A stretch of DNA of 64,000 nt. Origin: Nageia nagi (taxonomy: Eukaryota > Plantae > Pinophyta). A program made the translations under genes and the position numbers. Location: NCBI GenBank assembly GCA_050084985.1, contig JBITNC010000001.1:31744001-31808000 (forward strand), given 5' to 3'. Under the pieces are notes generated by a model that had not been told where the DNA came from, ran no database searches, and worked only from the letters and a program-made list of their open reading frames with translations. Numbering within the stretch: the first letter of the stretch is position 1; every line of letters begins with the position of its first letter. Shown here piece after piece: positions 14,311 to 25,733 of this stretch.

Positions 14311-15038
14311 TTCAAGTCTAGATCCATTTTTTATACCAAGTTTGTTTCCCATCACTATCATTGTGAACAATAATCCCAATTAATTATCATCTATTTTACA
14401 AGATCCCCAATCCTTGTATCATCATACTAATAAATATCTTAGATTGATACCTTCATCCTCATCATCTCCATTATATGTACCTCACCCTACACATTCTAAT
14501 GGTGAATCACCCATTGAGTCTTCATCATCTTAATCATCAGGTTCAAGGCCTTAGGTAAATAAGGTGCAACCTAAGCCCACTTAGCCTCAGTCCTACAATC
14601 AAGTTCCCCCACATCATGACCTTTATAAATCATAAAACATGCCAATTCAACCCTCTTAAGAGGAAGAGTTTCATGCCTCTTCATTCAATCATCTCACCCA
14701 AGATAAGGATGATTATGATGATGATGATTATAATCCTTAGCCTATTTTGGTATAATATACCAACCTTGATATAAAGGAATATCATATTGATGATGTATCA
14801 TGTAATATATAATCAATCAAGTATTTTGGTTGATCTTAAGATGCCTCCATCACTATTGGGTTTATGATTCCTTTAGGTCAAAATCTCAAGCAATCTTTTT
14901 TCATTTATGTTGGTGTTTATTTTCCATTTTATATCCCTTTTGATCATCCTTTGAAATCAAATTTTTTGTGCTAAGATTGATTACTTATCTTGTCCTAAAT
15001 TTGTTTGATCATATTTTGAACATGATAAATGGAAATAT

Positions 15039-15122
15039 TATGGATTAGGCAAGTATGAGTGAGGTATGGTCCATGCATTCCAAACTACTTTTCAAGCTAA
15101 TCATGAAAAATGGGGCCTTAGT
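15039..15122 (+). pseudogene. G-patch domain remnant between PR and RT of B
   Basis: YGLGKYE*GMVHAFQTTFQANHEKWGLS fits the G-patch pattern GLGK..GI..P(x)nGLG. Confidence 0.65.
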
Positions 15123-15569
15123 TTAAAGGATCCCAAATCTTCTACTCTTGAAGAAGAGTTTGCTAATCTTAAAATTCATGATCAATATTTTGATGTTGAT
15201 GATAATGGTCTTTATTTTGGTCCTTATAGTCCTATCTTATCATATTATTCTATTTATTTAAATTTCTTTGATGATCCTTTATCTTCAGTCATGGTTGTTT
15301 CTATAAACATGGTCTTTATCCATGAGCTAGATCCTTTTTATCATCCCCTTGATGGTTACTCTTTAATTACTATTAGTCTTGAATCTATGAATTTCTCCTT
15401 GATACATCCAGGGTTCTTTTCACCATGTGATGTTTACCTTCTCCCTAATTGGTCCTTTAATGATGCATATTTTTCAAGTTTTATATCATTTATTTTTATC
15501 CTACTGAAGATTATTACTCATATCTTCTTAACCTTAATCAATTTCAATTGGGGTTCTACATGCATGTTG

Positions 15570-16960
15570 GGGGCCTAGTTGATATTGATATTAGTAATGA
15601 TCCAAAGAACCATAAGAGAATTTATGCTAGTGATATCTTGAATGAGTCTAAATGTGACTTATATAATTCCATCTTATTCATGTGTCATAAATGATTTTCT
15701 TTTAGTTATAATGATATTCCAGGATTAGAATCAAATCTTATGATGCATAACATCATAACTTATCCTGATGTTAAACCAATCAAGCAAAAGCCTAAGAATG
15801 TAAATCCATACAATCCATCTTGATCAAGGAAGAGCTTTAAAATCTTTTGAAGGCTTACTTCATTGATCATATCCATATTTGTATGGATTTTCATGATCTT
15901 AACAAGGCATATCCTAAGGTCGACTTCCGTCTACCTAATATTGATATCTTAGTTGACAATACCATGGGGTATGAGATGCTTTACCTTATGGAGAGTTTTT
16001 ATGGATAAAACCAAATTTGGGTTAGTCTCAAAGATCAACATAAGATAACCTTCACCATCCTTTGTTGGACATATTGCTATAGGTTTATGCCTTTCAGTAT
16101 TAAGAACACTGGAGCCACATATCAAAGAGCCATGACATGATGTATGATATTGTGAAATATTATATTGATGATATTTTAGCCAAGTTCAAGATATGTGAGG
16201 GACATTGGGAAGTCCTTAACAAGGTATTTCATCATCTTCTTGAGTATAATGTTAGGTTGAACCCTAAGAAGTGTATCTCTGGTGTCATGTTAGGTAAGCT
16301 TTTACGTTTCATCATGTCCAAGAGAGGCATTGATATTGACCCTAAAAATGTTAAGGCCATCATCAATATTCCTCCTGCTCATAATATTAAAACCTTAAGA
16401 AGTATTCAAGGTAAGATCCAAGCCATTCATCATTTCATATCTCAAATTTTGGATAAGTGTCATCCTTTTAATGAGATCTTAAACAAGGATGTTATATTTG
16501 AGTGGAATGAGAAGTGCCAATAAGCTTTTGATGACATTAAGCACTACCTTACTACTCTTGTATTGATCCCTCTTATGTATTTTCTCCCTTTTTACCTTTA
16601 CCTCTCAATGATTGATTTTTCTATAGGTATCATGCTTGCTCAAAAGAATGATCAAGGTAAAGAGCAAGCTATCTATTACTTTAGTGATACCCTTATAGAT
16701 TACAAGGTTATTTATATCTATATAGAGCATATTTTCCTTACCATTATCTTTGTAGATAAGAAAATACCCCATTACATCCTTAACCATATGACTTACATAA
16801 TTTATCATGCTAATCCAATCCAACATATGATGAGCAAGACTTATCATAATTCTCACATGTCTAAGTGGATCATATTTTTATCATATTTTTACATTGAGTT
16901 TATAAGTCAAAAATCCATTAAGAATCAAGTTATTACAAATCATTTTATTGAAATTCCATT
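15570..16960 (+). pseudogene. RT and RNase H remnant of B
   Basis: ICMDFHDLNKAYPKVDFRLPNIDILVD, MPFSIKNTGATYQRAM, YIDDILAK, RLNPKKC, IGIMLAQ..DQGKEQAIYYFS and QKSIKNQVITNHF. Confidence 0.93.
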
Positions 16961-17054
16961 TCTTGACAATTATCCTTTTGATGCCAATATCCCTGATGAG
17001 GATATCTTTAAGATTAACAAAGAGGAACAGTTTATCGATACTCATGAGGACTTT

Positions 17055-17445
17055 GACATGACTATGTATTTTGATGAATCCAAGTGTGAGAAAGGGGTGG
17101 TGCTAGAGATATCTTATTCATGCCTCATGGTGTCCTTATCCCTATCCCTTATTCCTTTAAGTTAGCTTTTCCTTGTACCAATAACAAACTAGAGTATGAA
17201 GCCTTGATCCTAGGTCTTAGGACTACCATCAAACTCAACATAAAAAAACTCATGATCTATGGAAATTTTCTCTTAGTATTTAATCAAATCCTTAGGGTTT
17301 ATGAATTTCATAATGAACTTCTAAAGTATTATAGAGAGGAGGTTTTTAGACTCCTCAATACCTTTAAGATCAATTCAGCCCCTAGATCCTCCAATTGTTT
17401 TGTAGATACCATGGCTTCTTTAGAGTCACTTATTGCACCTAATAC
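17055..17445 (+). pseudogene. Additional (archaeal-type) RNase H, aRH, of B
   Basis: MYFDES..., FPCTNNKLEYEALILGL, KLMIYGN.LLV.NQI and PRSSNCFVDTMASL. A second RNase H is the Tat-clade hallmark. Confidence 0.9.
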
Positions 17446-17559
17446 TTATTGACATGTTCAACAAATAAAATTCATGACTATCAAGGATTCAAATCTTAAT
17501 TCATATTCATCTTATCCCCTTACCAAAGCTAGTATTGATGAGATTTTAGTTGAATCTTG

Positions 17560-18070
17560 AGACTTATTGTACAAGTAACTTCATGAGTACCTCAAGTAGA
17601 ATGCCCTTCCTCCTAATATGTATCCTAGTGAGAAGTGTGCTTTCAAGCATCACACTACTTGGTACATTATTTTAAGGGATTTCCTCTATAAGTGATATTT
17701 TTATGGATTCCTTCTTCATTATCTTTAGCTTTATGACCAATAAATTTCTATGTCATATTATCATGATGGCATTTATGAAGGATACTTTAATAGCATCGCT
17801 ATCACTAAATGCATCATATGGATGGCCTATTGTTGATTTACCATGGAGAGTGATTGTAATGAATATATAAAAAAGTGTATCAAGTATCAATAACATGCCC
17901 ATCTTTAGCATATCTCATCCCAAACTCTTTATCCTATCAAGGCCATGTGACCTTTCACCTAATGGGGTTTTGATCTTATTAATTAGTTTGTGCCTCTTTC
18001 ATGTGGTAGTCATAAATTCATTATTAGTTCCACCAAGTAGTTACCAAGTGGTTAAAGGTGATCCCTTTAA
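17560..18070 (+). pseudogene. Integrase N-terminal remnant of B, core deleted
   Basis: HDGIYEGYFN...C..YIKKCIKYQ*H, PFT*WGFDLI and HKFIIS..KW...IPL, then an abrupt loss of coding signal. Confidence 0.8.
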
Positions 18071-20704
18071 TATATAATATTATAATTAATTTCATGTTTG
18101 TTTTATCATGTTATATTGCTCATCCTCATCTTATCACCCTGTTGAGTTAGAAGATGATACCTTACGTGTATGTACTTGTGTTCCTCTTAAGCATTTTATC
18201 ACCTTGTGTCATTCATCTATTTATTTTATTTTGATGTAACATCAAGAACTAATAATTGATCCTATCCCTCCTTTCATGATCATGCATTTATGCATACTAT
18301 AATATAGGACTATATTCACTCATCTCTTATCCATACCTTGTCATGTCCTTCTATATTTATGTGTTTATCATCACATATCATCATTTTAATTGATCATATT
18401 GTTTGATACCAAGCTTGGTCCTCCTCTATGGTTGATCGTTACACATTATCTCTCAAATCCCTAGCAAAGTAAGCATAGTCCTATACATGTTTGGAAGTTA
18501 TTCCCTTGTGTACCTAGAGGAACTAAGATATTATTTTCCATTTCTTGTATCATGTTGTATCATTGACATTATCGTATGTCCATTATTGTCTCTTATTATC
18601 TTATCTCATCCATGGTACCCTATTAGGACATAAACACATGGGTCATTTTCACTACGAGTTACCTTTTTTCACTCCCTTAGGTTTGACCATTGGTAGTGAT
18701 TATCATGGTTTCTAAGGGATACCCTTATGTTACAAATTACTTGTGACACATTTTGACATCCTTATATGCCATATTTCTTATCTTATCATTTAACACTTTA
18801 TTCATTTTCATTGCTTGTGTTTTAATGTCTTATCATTTCTATTATTCATTTCATGATATTTAGTCACATTATTTTATCATTGGTCTATATGTCAACAAAT
18901 TTTATTTCATCTATTTTTTTCCATTTTGATAGTTTTTTCGCTTGCCCTAAGTTGCTACTTAGCCCTATGTGGTGCCTTAGTAAGAATGCATGAAAACATG
19001 ATCATTTCTCATCCATTTTCTAAAATAAAATTTTTATGGTCTTTTTATATCATTTTGAGTCACCTCACTTAGTTTTGTTGCATTTTAAGGTCATTTGCTA
19101 GTGTTTCAAATTTTAGGGACATATGTTCTAAAATTCAACCCTTGTGAAAATTGGCTATTTGATTTATATTTTTGAAGTATCAAATGATGTCCATTTTTAT
19201 ATCTATATCTTTTGGTACTTATTCAATATAATCATGATCTTCATGTCAAATTTCAAATCCATGGGTCATCATTTGATTCCCTTTTGAATGACAAATTTGG
19301 GGCTACTAGAAATAGCACCCTTTTAGTGACTACTAAAGTGTGTTACATGATAAGTTACCTCTAATCTAGCCTTTATAAATAGGTCAAATAGACTTTATTT
19401 TTTGATCCATTTAATCCTACACTTAGATTTATTTACCTAAAATCATGTCATACAATCTGTTGAGAATTTTAGTAAGTGGTTGCTTAATATCTTTCATTGA
19501 ATTTCATTTTTTTTCACTTTTTCACTTTGCAAAATTTTGGTATGATCTTGTTTTGAGCTATTTTGTTATGTTTTTTTTATGTCAAATTAAATATGTTCAT
19601 TTTGTTATATCTACTTAACATGTCATGTGATTCTTTCTAAGTCTTGTCAAATTACTTATATATGATTGCTTATCATATGTATTTTCATTGCTTTGTCATG
19701 TATTTTTGTACACTATTGTGATGTTTACTCTTGTTTATTTTAGTCCCACTCTTAGTTACTTATCATTGTGTATTTATTTGTTAATGGTGTTTATCACTTA
19801 TTTATTGTTGGTCAATTTATCTCTTATTATCATTATCATTGTGTGTTATGTGTCATTTATCCCTTACTCATTATTCATTAATTTATCCTTTATTATCAAA
19901 TTATCATTTATTGCTCATAAATAATTTTTGTTATGTATCATTGTTGGTTGTTACTTATCATTGTATTGTTTATGTATCTTTTATCATTAATGTGTTATTT
20001 GTTCTCATTATTTTTATGGTTATATTTTATCACTTACATATTTTTACTTTGTATCCATTTTAAGCATATTTAGTTATTCTTATTATGTGTATTAATTTTA
20101 TTATTTAGGTATTATTTATCCTTCATTTTCAATATATGTATGTATTAATTACATCATTCTTGCATCCATTTGCATCATCCATCATTCCTATTTTAATGCC
20201 ATTTTTTATCTCACTTTAATTGTTTTATCCTTATGTTCATGGGTGTCATTCATTTCTTTTTATTCCTTATGTGTGTTTTGTACATACATTTACATTATTT
20301 GCATTCCATACATGTAGTTGCATTATCCATATAGACATACAAGTAAGTTAGATCATACACATCATTACACATCATAACATGTATTATTAAAAAGCATAAA
20401 AGTGTAGCATAGTGTAATAGCACATAACATCATATAGCATAGCATTGATAACACTATATCACATAGAAACATACATGATTCCATACACATGAAAACATAG
20501 CCATAAGTGCACAACATCTATATCAATATCATAACATATGTGAATTCAAGGTACATCATCCATCCATATCCATACATATCATATCATAAATATCATAAAT
20601 ACAATGCATATACATAATCATCCATAAGCCATAAATCATAAAGACATCATATAGTCTCATGTACATGTACATATTTGTAAAAATGCATGTATGATACAAA
20701 ATCC

Positions 20705-23519
20705 TTACTCATAGGTGTTTGAAAAAACTAGTGTATACATCTATCTCTAGTCACATCCAAGCCTCAACTCTAGCCACCCTATCCCTCTCTTATGAGAGTA
20801 GGTGTATACCCTAATCCCTTTTCCTATATTGATGATCCTCTAGCCTTGCCCTATGTACTTGATAGTTGGGGTAACTTGAATACTCATGCCTATATCTAAC
20901 TTGATGTGTCTACCCTAGTGGACTTGCTACTACTAGGAATTCATATGCTCTACTTTTTCATAGCTCTATGAGTGTGAGTCTAACTCCTATACTAGCTTCT
21001 CCCACCTGACCCTAGCTCTATCATCACTATCCTTGCTAACATTAGCTAATCCTTAAAATATAGCACCCTCCTAGCCTCTTGCTACCACTAATCCATGATA
21101 ATCTGGTATTGTTGGGGAGATATCATCATCCCCTCTATTTGAACTCTTACCTCAAATCATAGGACCCCTACTATGATATCATCAATCTATACACCTGTAT
21201 CCATACATGAAATCTATGTCCTCATTATCACTATGAGGAGCTATGCCTTTTTTCACCCCTTTGCTTGTGCAACCTCCAATTATGCTTGTAGCTCATCCCT
21301 CTTGGATACTATGGCATCTCATTGAGACAAGTAGCATCTCTCTATACTAATAGGACATCTCTTTGCATAATTATCATGTCTCTCTCTATGTGGGATGTAT
21401 CTCTATCTAACACTATCATGTATTACCTTCCACCACACCTAAGTTAATATCCATCTCATGCCCTCTTATGGGATCTCCCTTTGTAGGCCAACCTACTTTG
21501 GCTAGAGCTGTTGTTGTTGTTTCTATCATTGCTACTACTAGAGGTGCTACTCCTAATATCAATGCTACTAGTGCTACTAGGGGTGATTCCTATAGCACCC
21601 TATCAATCACAACTCACTCATGCTAAGGTATCAACCATGCATCATACTTAGTAGTCATCTTGGCATCATTAATGTCTAGGATAATTATGTCTTCATTAGA
21701 TGCATCATCTAGCACCACATAATGCCTCCATGGGAGGTCACCCTACACCTCAACCTACCTATTCAATTTTTTCTCTAGGGATATGTCCTCTTGTATCCCA
21801 TTCTATTATGTAACCTACTCAAATTTGTACATATTTATGTCTTAGGTCCTCTTCCTATATACATCATAGGAATGGTGCACTCATGCCAACTTCTTAGCAT
21901 ACTCAACCCATACTATACCTCCCTTCCAATGTCTATGAATCACATCCTTGGCATGAATTCTATTCCACATACTATAGTGCCATGCATACATGCCCTCATA
22001 GGGTGCCTCTTTAGTGACTCATGTACTCTCATCCATGATTGGGTGTATGGTAGCTCCCACCCTATAATGAGCACCTTTGAGTCCACCTTTGCCTCATTGT
22101 GTATGTTGTAGGGTAGGCTATGGGAATGTGCTACCTACATATGCTCCCACACCCATATTTGGATCAATAGGGATCCTATGATCCTAACTCAACCTTACTA
22201 CCAATCAGCTAGTTATCTCTAAGTATATAGTAATATGGTAGGGGCACATGCATACACTATCCCCTCCTTGATTATGTTAAGCATAATATAAAATAGATTC
22301 TAAGGGATCCTATGGCCAATAATTTTAGTAAGTAATAAGTTATTGATCATGATAATAAAAATGGTATCCTTCCTACTAATCATCCCTGCATCATATGCTA
22401 CTGCATAATCAATATCTCCATGCTTGTTGTCGATCACCCCCTAGACATCGCTAAACATCCACTACATAATCTGATTCTTTGAGGTTACCCTTGTGATCAT
22501 CACCCCCTATAATGGTACTTCCAATATTTGGTACATGTCTAACAAGGTAATGGTCATTTCCATAATGGGGAAATGAAAGATGTTGCATAGGGAATCTTAG
22601 CACTCCACTAGAGTGTATACATATGCATGGTCAAATATGATGGTGCAAAGGTGGGTTGAATCTACTAGATTGATTGTTTCTATCCATATCCAATTTACCT
22701 AATTAAATTATTGATGCACATCATGAAGCAAAGGCCTAAACTTATGCCAAGTCTTCACCTAGAACCAGTTCAACAAGTTTCATGTCAGTCACTTTTGTCT
22801 CAATTAGTATGTCTCCATTTTATTGATTCAATCCAATTGATGTTAAGTTAGTCCTTATTTTATGGTCCACCCTATATCATCATACCTTATTTTATCTAAA
22901 TTATGTCATCTATAAGGTATCCTATCATGTCCTTATGATCTATTATCTCTTCATTACCAATTTTTACCTATCTTGACCTAGATTTTCTAATTGGTTTGTA
23001 CTAGGTTAACTAGGTAATCTAGTTAGTTCCTTGCAGACTAGTTAAATGGCTAACTAATTGATTGGAAAATCTTAGGTTTTACCATTTGGGTCCTAACTAA
23101 TATGCTACCAATTGACCCCTAAATTGGGATTGGTCTACTCCCCACTAGCTAGAAGAGTCGAATAAGGCATAAAATCAAGCCTCTAAACATAAAATTAATC
23201 TAGTAAAAATATTCCTAATCATCCCTACAATCCTTTTGACTATAATTTTACCTAGTTTGGTCTATTATTTTTTGAGTTTTATGATACCCCATTTATTTCA
23301 TATCTACTATGATTTTATCCATTTTTAGTCCATTTTAACCATTAAAAATATAAATGAACTTCATTTTCTCTATTAAGTTGTATGTGTGATAATTATCTAT
23401 AGTTCCATATTTGAAAATGCTAAAGTTTTAGAGCCACTTACTTGCTTGTGTGGGCACTCATTGCCTCCTCTTGGTGCACCATGTGGTGGATCTTATCCTA
23501 CACCTATGATAACTACCAT
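20705..23519 (-). pseudogene. Antisense two-exon plant mobile domain (PMD, aminotransferase-like) gene carried by B
   Basis: Exon 1 from ATG 23519 to 23442 (MVVIIGVG*DPPHGAPRGGNECPHKQ). Intron 23441-22759 (GTAAGT...TTCTAG). Exon 2 in frame: VKTWHKFRP...FDHAYVYTLVEC*DSLCNIFHFPIMEMTITLLDMYQILEVPL, matching the PMD core LVERW...TFH.P.GEMTITL.D. 3' end approximate. Confidence 0.85.
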
Positions 23520-24149
23520 CTCCTCTCATCACTCCCTATCACACTCAAGCTCATGAAAATAGGGTAGTCTCTCCTCAATTAGAGCTACATTCTTGTGAAA
23601 ATAAGTGTGCAAAATAATATTTTTTTTTTTTTAATTTTTAACCCCTCACATTTTACCTAGCTGATTAACTAGTCACTCAATTGGCCAATTAGTCTAATAG
23701 AGTATTTTAGCTAATAAGCCTAGTCATCCTATTCACTAGTACTTGTTGGTTTGTAACAGACTGGTTAGGTCTAATTCATTCATTATTTTACCCCATTTTT
23801 GGTCCATCCACTCAACCTTTTTCACTCATCAATTGGCAAGATGGTCATGTCCTCTTTGCCTATCCTTCTCCCATCTTCCTACTCAAGGGGTATGTAACCA
23901 CTCACCCTTTTCACAATCCTAATCATTGTCATCCTATTAAGCACCTCCTAAGTACAATCAAATTTTCATAAAATTAGCATTTTCATCTTGCATTTTTGCT
24001 TATAAACATTGATCACTTTAGGATATTTATCATTTATCATTTAGCATGGCATATTATTCATGTTTCATATGCCTACATACTACAATCAAATACTTGGTAG
24101 GTTTACAAGCCTATGCTTGATCATTCAAAATGGCTATATCACTATCATT

Positions 24150-24365
24150 TTACCCCTCAACTTATGGGGCAAAGCATAATCATTTATCATTTCACCCCTT
24201 GCATGTTGGGGTAAAGTAGAATCACTTACCCTTTGACTACAAAGGAAAAATAGAATCATTTAATAATGAAGTAGAGATCATTTAATTTTTCATATAAACC
24301 TTCTACTTCTAGGGCAAAGTAGAATCATTTCACCCTTCAACTACTAGGACAAAGTATATGTCATT
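24150..24365 (+). repeat. Degenerate tandem array in the 3' UTR of B
   Basis: About five copies of GGGCAAAGTAGAATCATTT-like units ~35-70 bp apart. Confidence 0.75.
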
Positions 24366-24732
24366 TGTTTTATTACTTAGTGTTGTAAACCTTTTTTTTT
24401 TAAGTTTTATTTTATGGTCACTTACTTTTCAACATCATCATATCTTATCTTATAAAGTATTGAATAGTTACAACATGATAATGTTGACATCATGAGCTAT
24501 TATAGCCATAGGTAACCATCAATAAGACTATATATCATGTAGTTTAGTTCATTGTATCAAGGTGTAAATTGGTTATAGAATGACAATTTTGGTACTATGA
24601 GGTGTTATAGCCATATATACCTTTTCCATGATGATATATATATCAATCATCATCAGTATCATATGGCACATACTTTACCTATTTTTGTACCATATTTTAC
24701 ATCTCATGAAAACTAACACAAAAAGGGAAATT

Positions 24733-25728
24733 CGTAGACACATAAAAATTATTTGTTCACCTAGCTTAGGTGATTCATGATGATTTGATTAATCTTGTAG
24801 CTATTCATGATCCCATAATCCCTTCATCCTAGTTTTATTTTGTTCATGATGTTGATTTTAGTAACTTAGCTTCTTGTTACCACCTTATCAACCCTAGCCC
24901 TAATTGACCTACCAATTAGGGGATTGGTTGATTAGTTAGCATAAACCCTAATCAGCCTACCTACTAGTCACTATCATATAAAATTCATTTCAAAATCATT
25001 TACCCTAATATAATCAATCATTACTCAATGGATATTCACAAGCTCTTGCATGTACAATGTACTCCTAACTATGTGCTCGAACTTTGCATCTTGCTACCTT
25101 CCATTTTGATCTCAATCCATCATTTATGTGGTAAAAGGATAACATTTTCCTCATATTACAAATAGAATCTTGGGTAAACTCCTATCAATTGGAATTTTAT
25201 GAAGTCTAACTTTATTTCAAGTGTTTTACAAGTTTCAAAGGTCACTCAAGAGCATCTAATCATATCCTTTTTTGGATATTTTACTAATCCACTTATCAAT
25301 GGTTGCATTTTAGTTTTTTTAAGGCTAGTCTCTTGTAGACTTAGGCTAGGATAGTTTACTTTGTTTTTAATCATTAGCTTAATCAATTTGGATCTTATGC
25401 TAGCTTGCATTATATGCATTGAGTTATTTTTGAGTGCCTTGTTGACTCAAGGCTTGGAGGTTTACAAAAAAACTACTCAAGTCTTACTTGGTTCTATGAT
25501 TTTAAATACTTAGAACTTTGAAACCTCCTTTTATCTTTATTTTTTAGGTCATTTGGTATATTGGGTATTACATAGTAAGGATAATATCTAAATCCTTACC
25601 CTATTTTATATTATCATTATTATCTCATCATATTTCAAGCAATATTTTAGATATTGTAGTGTAGACATTAACAAAAGGGAGAGGCACTAGGTATGGGGTT
25701 TTCTTATCAGCTTTTGTGGAAGCTTACA
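24733..25728 (+). repeat. 3' LTR of element B
   Basis: Preceded by PPT AAAAAGGGAAA (24720-24730). Aligns with 9416-10409. Confidence 0.95.
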
Positions 25729-25733
25729 AACTC

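Larger units (their letters stand above)
9416..25728 (+). mobile_element. Element B: Ogre/Tat-type Ty3/gypsy LTR retrotransposon nested in A
   Basis: ~1 kb LTR pair with degenerate TGTAG...TTACA ends. TSD AATTC (9411-9415) / AACTC (25729-25733). tRNA-Arg PBS, PPT, and PR-RT-RH-aRH-INT order. Confidence 0.95.

Noticed and set aside
19688-20063. Hydrophobic ORFs resembling membrane or env proteins
   Set aside because: By-product of T-rich low-complexity sequence.
24150-24365. CRISPR-like repeat-spacer array
   Set aside because: Degenerate units with related spacers inside a plant retrotransposon, and no cas genes.
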